Positions 35,101 to 42,475 of a stretch of DNA of 42,475 nucleotides are shown piece after piece. Origin of the DNA: Paracoccaceae bacterium. GTDB lineage: Bacteria; Pseudomonadota; Alphaproteobacteria; Rhodobacterales; Rhodobacteraceae. The notes beneath the pieces were generated by a model, which was not told the origin of the DNA, did no database searches, and was given only the letters and a program-made list of their open reading frames with translations. The DNA lies in the NCBI GenBank assembly GCA_037969545.1, contig JBBKXP010000287.1, forward strand, positions 1-42,475, read 5' to 3'. Positions within the stretch are counted from its first letter, which is position 1, and each line of letters starts with the position of its first letter. A program made the translations under genes and the position numbers.

Positions 35101-36882
35101 TCACAGGGGCCAGAACCACGGGATGGCGATGGAACAGATCACCGCCAGCGACAGGTTCAACGGGATGCCAATGCGCAGGAAGTCAGTAAACTTGTAACCG
35201 CCGGGGCCATAGACCAGCGTGTTCGTCTGATACCCGATAGGGGTCGAGAAACTGGCCGACGCCGCCATCATCACCGCCACCACCAAGGGTCGCGGATCGA
35301 CGTTCAGTGCCACTGCCAGACCGATAGCGATCGGGGTCATGACGACACCGACAGCGTTGTTTGACACCAGTTCGGTCAGCACCATCGACAGGGCATAGAC
35401 TGCGAATACCACGACGAAGGGTGGCAGATCGGTCATGACCGGGGCCAGCGCCCCGGCGATCAGGCTGACGGCCCCGGAATCCTCGAGTGCGGCGCCGACC
35501 GCCAGCATTGCAAAGATCAGCGCCAGCAGGCGCCCGTCGATGGACGCAAAGGCCTCCTCTGCGTCGATACAGCGGGTCAGCAGAACCACGGCAGTGGCGA
35601 GAAACGCCAGATACAGGATCGGGGCGACTTCGAATGCGGCCAGCACGACGACGGCAAGCATCGCGGCCAGCGCGATCGGCGCCTTGTTGCGGCGGTAGGC
35701 ACGCGCCGAGGGACGCGAGACGTCACCCAGCTCCATGTCTGTCGCAAGACGCTGGATATCGGCGCTACTGCCCTCGAGCAGCAATGTATCGCCTACCCGC
35801 ACCACCAGATCGTCAAGCTGGCGACCGATATTCTTGTCGTGTCGGTGGACGGCAAGCGTGTAGACACCATAACGGCGGCGCAAACGCATCGACCCGAGGG
35901 TGCGTCCGACCATCTTGCATTCCGGGGTGATCAACACCTCGACGGTGGCGGTTTCGACGGCAGAAACCTGATCAACCCGGCGCAGGCTCTTGTCGCGCTG
36001 CAGTGACAGGATTTCCGTCATTTCGGTACGAAGGACCACGCGGTCGCCGACCTCGAGAACGGCTGCCGCCAGATCGCGCCGCAAGGAAAGGTCGCCGCGC
36101 ACGACGTCGACCAGCCGCACACCCTCGCGCTTGAACAACTGCACGTCGGTCGCCTGTCGTCCGATCAGATTACTGTCGGCAGGTATCACCGCCTCGGCAA
36201 AAAAGCGCTTTTTCGACCGGTCCGACAGCATGTTCGCCATCGAGTCGCGGTCCGGCAGCAGACGGTTGCCGAAAAGCCAAAGGTAAAGCATCGTCCATGT
36301 GGCAATGACGATGCCGATCGGGGTGATCTCAAAGATGGTAAACGGCTGCAACCCCGATTGCTGCGCCACGCCGTCGACCAGCAGGTTGGTCGAGGTTCCG
36401 ATCAGCGTCATGGTGCCGCCAACAATGGCGCCGTAACTGAGCGGGATCAGCAGTTTGGACGCCGAAACGTTCAGCGTTCGCGACAATTCGACAAAGACCG
36501 GGATCATAACAACCACAACGGGTGTATTGTTCACAAAGGCCGAGGCGAGCAGCACGAATCCCATGATCCCCGCCAGTGCCAACGCCGGATGGGTCTTGGC
36601 ATAGCGTTGCGCCAGCCCGGTCATCGCCCCCAGTGCACCCGTTCGCACCAGCGCCCCCATGATCACGAACATCAGCGCGATGGTCCAGGGTGCTGAATTC
36701 GACAATGCCTTGACCGCTGAATCATAGGGCAACACGCCCAGCACCATGAGCAGCGCCGCACCTGCGATCGCGACGACTTCGGTGGGGTAGCGTTCACGCA
36801 GAAACATCACAAACATGCCGATGACCACGGCAAGAGCGACCAGCGCCTCTTGCGTCGGGGTAAAGTGTAACAGGTCGCTCAT
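35101..36882 (-). CDS. SLC13/DASS-type permease with TrkA-C domains (tandem paralogue)
   Basis: ORF 35101..36900 (TTG start) trimmed to the ATG at 36882 (MSDLLHFTPTQEAL...), with GAGG 8 nt upstream. This gives 593 aa. Confidence 0.83.
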   Translation of the reverse strand: MSDLLHFTPTQEALVALAVVIGMFVMFLRERYPTEVVAIAGAALLMVLGVLPYDSAVKALSNSAPWTIALMFVIMGALVRTGALGAMTGLAQRYAKTHPALALAGIMGFVLLASAFVNNTPVVVVMIPVFVELSRTLNVSASKLLIPLSYGAIVGGTMTLIGTSTNLLVDGVAQQSGLQPFTIFEITPIGIVIATWTMLYLWLFGNRLLPDRDSMANMLSDRSKKRFFAEAVIPADSNLIGRQATDVQLFKREGVRLVDVVRGDLSLRRDLAAAVLEVGDRVVLRTEMTEILSLQRDKSLRRVDQVSAVETATVEVLITPECKMVGRTLGSMRLRRRYGVYTLAVHRHDKNIGRQLDDLVVRVGDTLLLEGSSADIQRLATDMELGDVSRPSARAYRRNKAPIALAAMLAVVVLAAFEVAPILYLAFLATAVVLLTRCIDAEEAFASIDGRLLALIFAMLAVGAALEDSGAVSLIAGALAPVMTDLPPFVVVFAVYALSMVLTELVSNNAVGVVMTPIAIGLAVALNVDPRPLVVAVMMAASASFSTPIGYQTNTLVYGPGGYKFTDFLRIGIPLNLSLAVICSIAIPWFWPL

Positions 36883-36918
36883 CTGGTCGGCCTCATGCAA
36901 TATCTCGACTGGTTGGGG

Positions 36919-37827
36919 TCATGGCTGGGGGATCGCAATGGCTTTGGGCGAGCGCGGCGCAACAAGGAAAATTCCCGCCACCATCAGCCCAAGCGCCAGC
37001 CAGACAAGCCCAGCATAGCGTTCGCCCAAAAGCAACATCGACCAGCTGACCCCGCTCAGCGTGACGATATAGCTGACCTGTGCGGCAAAGACAGCCCCGC
37101 TGCGGCCGACCAGCCAGACATAGCCGGTATAGACAAAGGCATGGATCGAGGCGGCCCCGACCAGCGCCCATTCAGGCGGACCCCAGGGCACGAAAGGGTC
37201 AATGAACTGGCCGCTCAGCAGCGCCAGCGGGGTGGCGGCGCAAAGCCCGATCAGCGAGGCCCCGAGCAGGACCTGAATGGCATCCATCCCGGCAGTGCCC
37301 CAGGTATCGACAAAGTTGCCCTCGATCGCATAGGACAGCGGTGCCAGCAGAGCCAGCAGCACCCAGAGTGTCAGCACAGGCCCCGAGACACCCGCCCCCG
37401 GCAGCACGATCAGGCCGACCCCGACCAACCCCAGCGTCAGGCCCAGAAGGCGGCGCGGCGCGAACCTGTCAGCCCCCAGCGCCAGCGCGATGGGAAACGA
37501 CAGCATCGGCGTTGCCGCGACGATGATCGACAGGATCCCGGCTGGAAGGTGAAAGGCTGCCGGATAGCTGATCGCGTCAGGCAGGATCGTGCCGAACAGG
37601 GCGACCGTGGCATGCACCGGCAGGCTCGCCCGGCTGATCGGCCACCTGCCGCCGCGCCAGAGGTGAATGGTGCCCAGGAAAAATACACTCAGCACCAGTT
37701 GCCAAAAGATCAGGCCAAACGCCCCGTGGCCAGTGCTGACGGCGATCTTGGCCAAAGGCCAGCTGAGCCCCCAGCCGGTCCCAAGCCCGAACAGCACCCC
37801 GGTCATCCCGGCGCGATGGCGGTTCAT
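36919..37827 (-). CDS. DMT (EamA) family transporter
   Basis: 302 aa with 10 helices. The ATG at 37827 overlaps the YmdB-type gene stop (ATGA). An alternative ATG lies at 37806. Confidence 0.75.
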   Translation of the reverse strand: MNRHRAGMTGVLFGLGTGWGLSWPLAKIAVSTGHGAFGLIFWQLVLSVFFLGTIHLWRGGRWPISRASLPVHATVALFGTILPDAISYPAAFHLPAGILSIIVAATPMLSFPIALALGADRFAPRRLLGLTLGLVGVGLIVLPGAGVSGPVLTLWVLLALLAPLSYAIEGNFVDTWGTAGMDAIQVLLGASLIGLCAATPLALLSGQFIDPFVPWGPPEWALVGAASIHAFVYTGYVWLVGRSGAVFAAQVSYIVTLSGVSWSMLLLGERYAGLVWLALGLMVAGIFLVAPRSPKAIAIPQP

Positions 37828-38639
37828 GCAGGCCCGGACTGTTGCAAATGGCCACCCTCACGGACCGGCACCACGCGGGTCGCCTTGCCCGTGCGGTCGT
37901 CGGTTTCGACATACATACCACTGAGCGTCGCCGTCCCCGTCGCCGGTTCGAACCGGTCCTTGGACATGCCGGTGATGAACCGGCGCAATGGTTCGGCCTT
38001 GTCCATGCCGATGACCGAATTGTAGTCGCCGCACATCCCGGCATCCGTCAGATAGGCGGTGCCGCCGGGCAGGATCATCGCATCGGCGGTCGGGACATGG
38101 GTATGGGTACCGACGACGATGCTGGCGCGGCCGTCGCAGTAATGGCCCATCGCCATCTTTTCGCTGGTCGCCTCGCAATGCATGTCGACAAGCGTCGCCT
38201 GCACCTGCCCGCCCATCGGATATTGTCGCAGCACCGCGTCGATGGCCGAGAACGGATCGTCGAAGGGGCGCTTCATGAACACCTGCCCCAGCACCTGCGC
38301 CACCAGCACGCGGCGGCCGCCGGGGGCATCGTACACCCGCGCCCCGACCCCCGGCGCTGCCTTGGAAAAATTCAACGGTCGCAGAATGCGCGGTTCGGTG
38401 GCGATATGGGCCAGCATCTCCTTTTGATCAAAGGCATGATCGCCAAGGGTGACGACATCCGCCCCGGCGTCGAGAATCGTCTTGGCGTGGGCGGTGGAGA
38501 GGCCGACGCCCGCGGTCGCATTTTCGCCATTCACCACGACGAAATCCAGTGCCCAGTCGGCGCGCAGACGCGGCAGGTCGGCCGTGATCGCGGCCCGTCC
38601 CGCGCGGCCCATCACGTCGCCAAGGAAAAGGATTTTCAT
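37824..38639 (-). CDS. TIGR00282/YmdB-type metallophosphoesterase
   Basis: ORF 37824..38714 trimmed to the ATG at 38639 (MKILFLGDVMGRAGRAAI...VVNGENATAGVGL...), giving 271 aa. It carries calcineurin-like metal-binding motifs typical of YmdB. Confidence 0.85.
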   Translation of the reverse strand: MKILFLGDVMGRAGRAAITADLPRLRADWALDFVVVNGENATAGVGLSTAHAKTILDAGADVVTLGDHAFDQKEMLAHIATEPRILRPLNFSKAAPGVGARVYDAPGGRRVLVAQVLGQVFMKRPFDDPFSAIDAVLRQYPMGGQVQATLVDMHCEATSEKMAMGHYCDGRASIVVGTHTHVPTADAMILPGGTAYLTDAGMCGDYNSVIGMDKAEPLRRFITGMSKDRFEPATGTATLSGMYVETDDRTGKATRVVPVREGGHLQQSGPA

Positions 38640-38824
38640 GGGCGCAGGCATAGGCGGGGGGCCGGGCCAAGACAAGCGGGATTGCTGGCTAACGGGGCGT
38701 GGTGTCAGGCGCAAAGTCTCGCGGCAACGCGGGCGCCCGTTTGGCCGCCTATACTTCCCTTGTTTGCAGCCATATGTTTGGCGCCGAGGCGATGGAAGAC
38801 TTGGTCAAAAGGCTTGGGACGACG

Positions 38825-39826
38825 ATGGTGCGACAGCAGGTCATGCGGTCAATCGGGTTTCTGGCGGGCTTTCTGGCGGTTGCAGCGCATAATCCGGCCG
38901 AGGCCGATGTGGTGTCCTACCTCCATGCCGACGGGCGAACCGTCGCGCCGTTGCAGGCGTTTCGCGAGTGCGACGCCTGCTCCGAGATGATCGTCATGCC
39001 ACCGGTATCCTTCATGATGGGGGCGGTGGTCGGCGAATCGCGCGACCCGTTTGATGCGTACCGCGAAGGTGCGACGTTGCGGCGGCGGGGGCCGGACGAG
39101 ATCAACGTCATTCCGGCGGAACATCCGCGACACCCGGTCGAAATGGATGTTCATTATGCGATTGGCCGCAACGAGGTGACCCATGCGGAATGGATGGCCT
39201 GCGTCGACGGTGGCGGCTGCACCCATGACCCGGAACACGGGCTGGGAACGCCGGACGGCTATGTGAAACTCGGGCCGCTGCATCCCGTCATCAACGTGTC
39301 CTATCTGGACATGCTGGAGTATGTGGCCTGGCTGAACGGGCAGGTCAGTGCCGCAGTCTATCGCCTGCCGTCCGAGGTGGAATGGGAATATGCGGCGCGG
39401 ACGGGGACACAGACGCGGTTTGCCCAAGGCGACGACCTGACCGCCGATCAGGCAAATATTTCTCGCGGCGGAACCGAGAACCTGCGCGGCGCACTCATGC
39501 CGGAACTAGTTGAACGTCGAGTGCCGGTGCCAGTAGTTGAACTGGATGCTGCAAACAGCTGGGGATTGCGGCACATGGCCGGAAACGTTTGGGAACTGAC
39601 CTTTTCCTGTTGGTCGGAAGAACATCGGGGTCTGGCGACTGACAGCGCTTACTTGGCATTGGCGCAATCAGCCCCGAGCTGCCGACGTGTCAACAAAGGC
39701 GGTTCTTTTGCCGAAGCAACGGTCGCAGCGCGGTCTGCAAGACGCGGAAATGTGAGCGAGACTTTTCGGCGCGACAATCGTGGTTTTCGTGTCGTCAGAC
39801 AATTCCTGTGTGTCGACATGCAATAG
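38825..39826 (+). CDS. SUMF1/EgtB/PvdO (FGE-sulfatase fold) family protein, exported
   Basis: The C-terminal two-thirds carry FGE-fold blocks (VTHAEWMACV, HPVINVSYLDMLEYVAWLN, YRLPSEVEWEYAAR, GLRHMAGNVWELT, NKGGSF...GFRVVR). A signal-like N-terminus (MVRQQVMRSIGFLAGFLAVAAHNPAEA) fixes the start near 38825, but 38774, 38792 and 38843 are alternatives. Codon usage is atypical. Confidence 0.72.
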   Translation: MVRQQVMRSIGFLAGFLAVAAHNPAEADVVSYLHADGRTVAPLQAFRECDACSEMIVMPPVSFMMGAVVGESRDPFDAYREGATLRRRGPDEINVIPAEHPRHPVEMDVHYAIGRNEVTHAEWMACVDGGGCTHDPEHGLGTPDGYVKLGPLHPVINVSYLDMLEYVAWLNGQVSAAVYRLPSEVEWEYAARTGTQTRFAQGDDLTADQANISRGGTENLRGALMPELVERRVPVPVVELDAANSWGLRHMAGNVWELTFSCWSEEHRGLATDSAYLALAQSAPSCRRVNKGGSFAEATVAARSARRGNVSETFRRDNRGFRVVRQFLCVDMQ

Positions 39827-39884
39827 CAACGCCGCAGGTTTACGGCGAAGGGTCGCGATATCCGCGAGGTCTCGAACCAACACC

Positions 39885-39913
39885 GGCGCACCCCGCCTAT
39901 CCGCGGGTGCGCC
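39885..39913 (+). terminator. GC-rich hairpin downstream of the FGE-fold gene, at the edge of the duplicated block
   Basis: GGCGCACCC-(11 nt)-GGGTGCGCC is a perfect 9-bp stem with no U-tract. Two weaker 5-bp hairpins precede it (39830-39847, 39853-39867). Confidence 0.3.
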
Positions 39914-40111
39914 CTAAGGCCGGATCACATCCGCCCCGGCGTCGAGAATCGTCTTGGCGTGGGCGGCAGAGAGGCCGACGCCCGCGGTCGCATTTTCGCC
40001 ATTTACCGCGACGAAATCGAGGGCCCAGTCGGCGCGCAGGCGCGGCAGGTTCGTAGTAATTGCGGCGTGGCCTGCTCGGCCCATCGCGTCGCCAAGAAAC
40101 AAGATTTTCAT
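39914..40111 (-). pseudogene. 5' remnant (62 homologous codons) of a YmdB-type metallophosphoesterase gene
   Basis: MKILFLGDAMGRAGHAAITTNLPRLRADWALDFVAVNGENATAGVGLSAAHAKTILDAGADV matches residues 1-62 of 37824..38639. The frame then diverges and stops after 3 more codons. At the DNA level, 39927-40113 matches 38455-38641 at 165/187 with no indels (hand alignment). Confidence 0.75.
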
Positions 40112-40179
40112 GGCAAACGTTCAGGTGGCCGTTCGACCGAGAGCAAGGCAATACGCGATTACCAATGCACGATACCGGA

Positions 40180-40740
40180 TCAGGACTTTGGGTCGATCAC
40201 CCCGGCCTCGGTCACGATCAGGTCCAGCGGCTGGTCCGTCGGTTCAAGCGGCAAATCGGTGGTCTCTTGCGCGGCGTAGGTAAAGCCGATGGCAAGGGTC
40301 GGCCCGGCTGCCCGCAAGCCTTGCAGGGTGCGGTCGTAGAAACCGCCGCCATAGCCCAGGCGGCCGCCGGTGCGGTCAAAGGCGACCAGCGGGACGATCA
40401 GGATTTCGGGCCTGATCCACGGCCCCTCGGCCGGGATCCATGCGCCAAATGATCCTTCGGTCATGGCACAGCCTGGCGTCCACTGGCGAAACTGCAACGG
40501 TTGCCCTTTGTCGATGATGATGGGGACGCAGACCGGGCCGTGGGCGGCGGCGGCGATCATCGCCTCGGCCGGATCGATCTCGGTGCGCATCGCCATGTAA
40601 CCCGACACGGGACGACCCCGGTGCGCCGCCAGCACTGCATCAAGATGTGCCGCAGTCCCCTGCCCTGTTGCATGCGCCGCGGCGCGACGGGCAAAGGCCG
40701 CCGTCCGCGCCACTGCCTTGATTTTGGACAAGTCAGTCAT
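40180..40740 (-). CDS. 5-formyltetrahydrofolate cyclo-ligase
   Basis: 186 aa. The hallmark C-terminal motif is GGRLGYGGGFYDRTL. The ATG overlaps the mgtE stop (ATGA). Confidence 0.85.
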   Translation of the reverse strand: MTDLSKIKAVARTAAFARRAAAHATGQGTAAHLDAVLAAHRGRPVSGYMAMRTEIDPAEAMIAAAAHGPVCVPIIIDKGQPLQFRQWTPGCAMTEGSFGAWIPAEGPWIRPEILIVPLVAFDRTGGRLGYGGGFYDRTLQGLRAAGPTLAIGFTYAAQETTDLPLEPTDQPLDLIVTEAGVIDPKS

Positions 40741-42122
40741 AGCAGGATCACCGCCGCCAGCCCCAGAAACGCAAAGAACCCGACCACATCCGTCACCGTC
40801 GTCACGAACGCGCCCGACGCCAGCGCCGGATCGACCCCGAACCTTTCCAACAGGATCGGAATGCCGGTCCCGGCGAACCCGGCGACCACCAAATTGACCA
40901 CCATCGCGATGGCCAGCACGACACCCAGCAGCGGCGTGGCGAACCAGAGCCAGCCGATCACCCCCATGACAGCGGCAAAAATCAGGCCGTTGATCAGCCC
41001 GACGATGACCTCGCGCCGGATCACCCGCCAGACGTTCGATCCGGTCAAATCGCGGGTGGCGATCGCACGCACCGCCACCGTCAGCGACTGGGTGCCCGCA
41101 TTGCCGCCCATCGAGGCGACGATCGGCATCAGCACGGCCAGCGCCACCAATCCCGAAATCGTGGTTTCAAAAAGGGAAATGACCATCGAGGCCATGATGG
41201 CCGTCACCAGATTGACCGCCAGCCAGGGAAACCGCTGACGCGTCGTATCGATGACATTGTCGGAAATGCTGCCGTCACCGACACCAGCCAGACGCAGAAT
41301 GTCCTCTTCGTGTTCTTCGTCCAGCAGGGTCATCGCGTCGTCGATGGTGATGACCCCGACCAGCCGGTCGTCACTATCAACTACCGGCGCGGAAATCAGG
41401 TGATAGTGATTGAAGGCATAAGCGACTTCGGATGCCGGCTGATCGACGCTGAAGGTACGAAAACTTTCCTCGGCAATGTCGCGCAGTTTGACATTGCGCC
41501 GCGATGACAGGATCCGCCCCAAGGTGACATAACCCACCGCCTTGAGCCGGGGATCGACAAGGATCACGTGGTAAAACTGTTCAGGCAGGTCACTGTCGTC
41601 ACGGCGCAGGTAATCAATGGCTTCGCCGACGTTCCAGTGCTCGGGGGCGCGCACGATTTCGATCTGCATGTGTCGCCCGGCGGATTCTTCGGGGTAGGCC
41701 AGCGCCTTTTCCACCGCAGCGCGTTCGGGTGCCGCCAGCGCCTCAAGCACCGCCTCTTGCTGTTGGTCGTCCAGATATTCGACCAGATCGACAACGTCGT
41801 CGGATTCCATCTCGCGGACGGCTTCGGCAAGTTCGGCCGGGGCGAGGCTTTCGATGATTTCTTCGCGCAGCCCTTCGTCGAGTTCCGACAGGATGTCGCC
41901 ATCCATCCCGCCCTTCCACAACAGCAGCAGGGCGCGGCGATCGCGGGCGTCGATCAGTTCGATCAGATGCGCAATGTCGGCTGGGTGCAGCGGGTCAAGC
42001 AGGGCTTCGACGGTGGCGGCATCATCTGCCTCGACCGCATGCAGCACCTCGGCGACCAGCCGGTCGTTGATGCCGAATGCCTCTTCCGGGTCGTCCTCGA
42101 TCAGCTCAAGTTCGTCGTCCAT
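40737..42122 (-). CDS. mgtE: magnesium transporter MgtE
   Basis: ORF 40737..42299 trimmed to the ATG at 42122 (MDDELELIEDDPEEAF...), giving 461 aa. It has the acidic MgtE N-domain, a CBS pair and the C-terminal MgtE membrane domain (GNAGTQSLTVAVRAIA, TVTDVVGFFAFLGLA). Confidence 0.9.
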   Translation of the reverse strand: MDDELELIEDDPEEAFGINDRLVAEVLHAVEADDAATVEALLDPLHPADIAHLIELIDARDRRALLLLWKGGMDGDILSELDEGLREEIIESLAPAELAEAVREMESDDVVDLVEYLDDQQQEAVLEALAAPERAAVEKALAYPEESAGRHMQIEIVRAPEHWNVGEAIDYLRRDDSDLPEQFYHVILVDPRLKAVGYVTLGRILSSRRNVKLRDIAEESFRTFSVDQPASEVAYAFNHYHLISAPVVDSDDRLVGVITIDDAMTLLDEEHEEDILRLAGVGDGSISDNVIDTTRQRFPWLAVNLVTAIMASMVISLFETTISGLVALAVLMPIVASMGGNAGTQSLTVAVRAIATRDLTGSNVWRVIRREVIVGLINGLIFAAVMGVIGWLWFATPLLGVVLAIAMVVNLVVAGFAGTGIPILLERFGVDPALASGAFVTTVTDVVGFFAFLGLAAVILL

Positions 42123-42211
42123 GATGCCCTCTGCCGCCGATTGCCGGGAACCATAAAGCAACCCCTGCCGGTCACAACCGGGGAAATCGACGGTTCGGGG
42201 GCGGCAACCGT

Positions 42212-42475
42212 CTAGGTGCGGTAGAACCGGAGCGGTTTGGAGTCGGTGCGGGCGATGACGCCCTTGGCCTCTTGGTCGAGTTGCACCGATTTCAACCACC
42301 AGCCGGCCTTTTCACCGCCCGGAAAGTGATCCTGCGACAGATGCGGATCAAGGGCAGCGCGCAATTCTGCGACCGTCAGCCCCGGTGCGCCCTTGGGCAA
42401 GACTTTCAGTATCGCGGCCTTCATCGCGGCGAATTTTTCGGCGTCGACCCGGTAGGTCTTGCCAGGCTGCAGGAC
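42212..42475 (-). CDS. hypothetical protein, 3' part (ORF open to the right edge)
   Basis: The frame of track ORF 42212..42424 stays open upstream to the window end (VLQPGKTYRVDAEKFAAMKAAILKVLPKGAPGLTVAELRAAL...). No family recognised with confidence. Confidence 0.45.
   Translation of the reverse strand, partial: VLQPGKTYRVDAEKFAAMKAAILKVLPKGAPGLTVAELRAALDPHLSQDHFPGGEKAGWWLKSVQLDQEAKGVIARTDSKPLRFYRT

Noticed and set aside
39868-39884. tRNA-like T-arm (GGTTCGAGACC on the reverse strand) as a possible integration site remnant
   Set aside because: The flanking bases do not form the 5-bp T-stem, and no acceptor or anticodon arms could be drawn. The resemblance is limited to a short GTTCGA string.
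40112-40179. 6S RNA (ssrS) next to the 5-formyl-THF cyclo-ligase gene, as in the E. coli ssrS-ygfA arrangement
   Set aside because: The cyclo-ligase ATG overlaps the mgtE stop, so there is no room upstream. The 68-nt gap downstream is too short for a ~180-nt 6S RNA.
42123-42211. M-box (Mg2+) riboswitch upstream of mgtE
   Set aside because: The leader is only 89 nt, much shorter than an M-box aptamer plus expression platform. I saw no obvious multi-helix conserved structure.
1-42475. CRISPR arrays, tandem repeats, rRNA/tRNA genes, integrases, transposases, toxin-antitoxin pairs or defence-system genes
   Set aside because: I scanned the intergenic regions and the ORF translations and found none. 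The only dispersed repeats seen are the two 98-bp elements and the 187-bp ymdB duplication. A computational repeat search could still reveal shorter or more diverged copies that I missed by eye.

Overview
This is a densely coding, high-GC alphaproteobacterial chromosomal segment; the gene order looks Rhodobacterales-like, which is an inference. It has three blocks. (1) About 5.2-19.7 kb holds a methylmalonyl-CoA pathway cluster: methylmalonyl-CoA mutase, pccA, pccB and a ScfR/PccR-type regulator. Unrelated genes are interleaved: a nonsense-interrupted sulfotransferase-like gene, DUF4174, a 509-aa polytopic membrane protein, five small exported or unknown proteins, an MFS exporter and an orphan CoxG/SRPBCC protein. 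(2) About 19.8-28.7 kb is an osmoprotectant block: betI-betC-betB-betA divergent from choX, with choW-choV separated from choX by an opposite-strand GST. (3) About 28.7-42.1 kb is mostly transporters (two DMT/EamA, LysE, three SLC13+TrkA-C permeases, MgtE) plus YebC, a YmdB-type metallophosphoesterase and 5-formyl-THF cyclo-ligase. The left end carries an EEP-fold protein, two VOC proteins, a TerB-DnaJ protein, a nonsense-interrupted GNAT, NhaA and MAPEG. Seven gene junctions are 4-nt ATGA overlaps. I saw no rRNA, tRNA, CRISPR array, integrase or transposase. I do not see a convincing novel multi-gene system: there is no defence-, toxin- or secretion-like module. The most unusual structures are: (a) a 187-bp duplication of the YmdB gene 5' end bracketing an opposite-strand, compositionally atypical FGE-fold gene; (b) two copies of a 98-bp TA-flanked palindromic MITE-like element, each inserted exactly in a stop codon; (c) an island of small exported proteins plus a strong intrinsic terminator sitting between pccB and pccA; (d) TTTGCAAA-type ScfR operator motifs upstream of pccB and pccR; (e) two genes each broken by one in-frame stop. 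All family calls come from reading the translated ORFs by eye; no searches were run.
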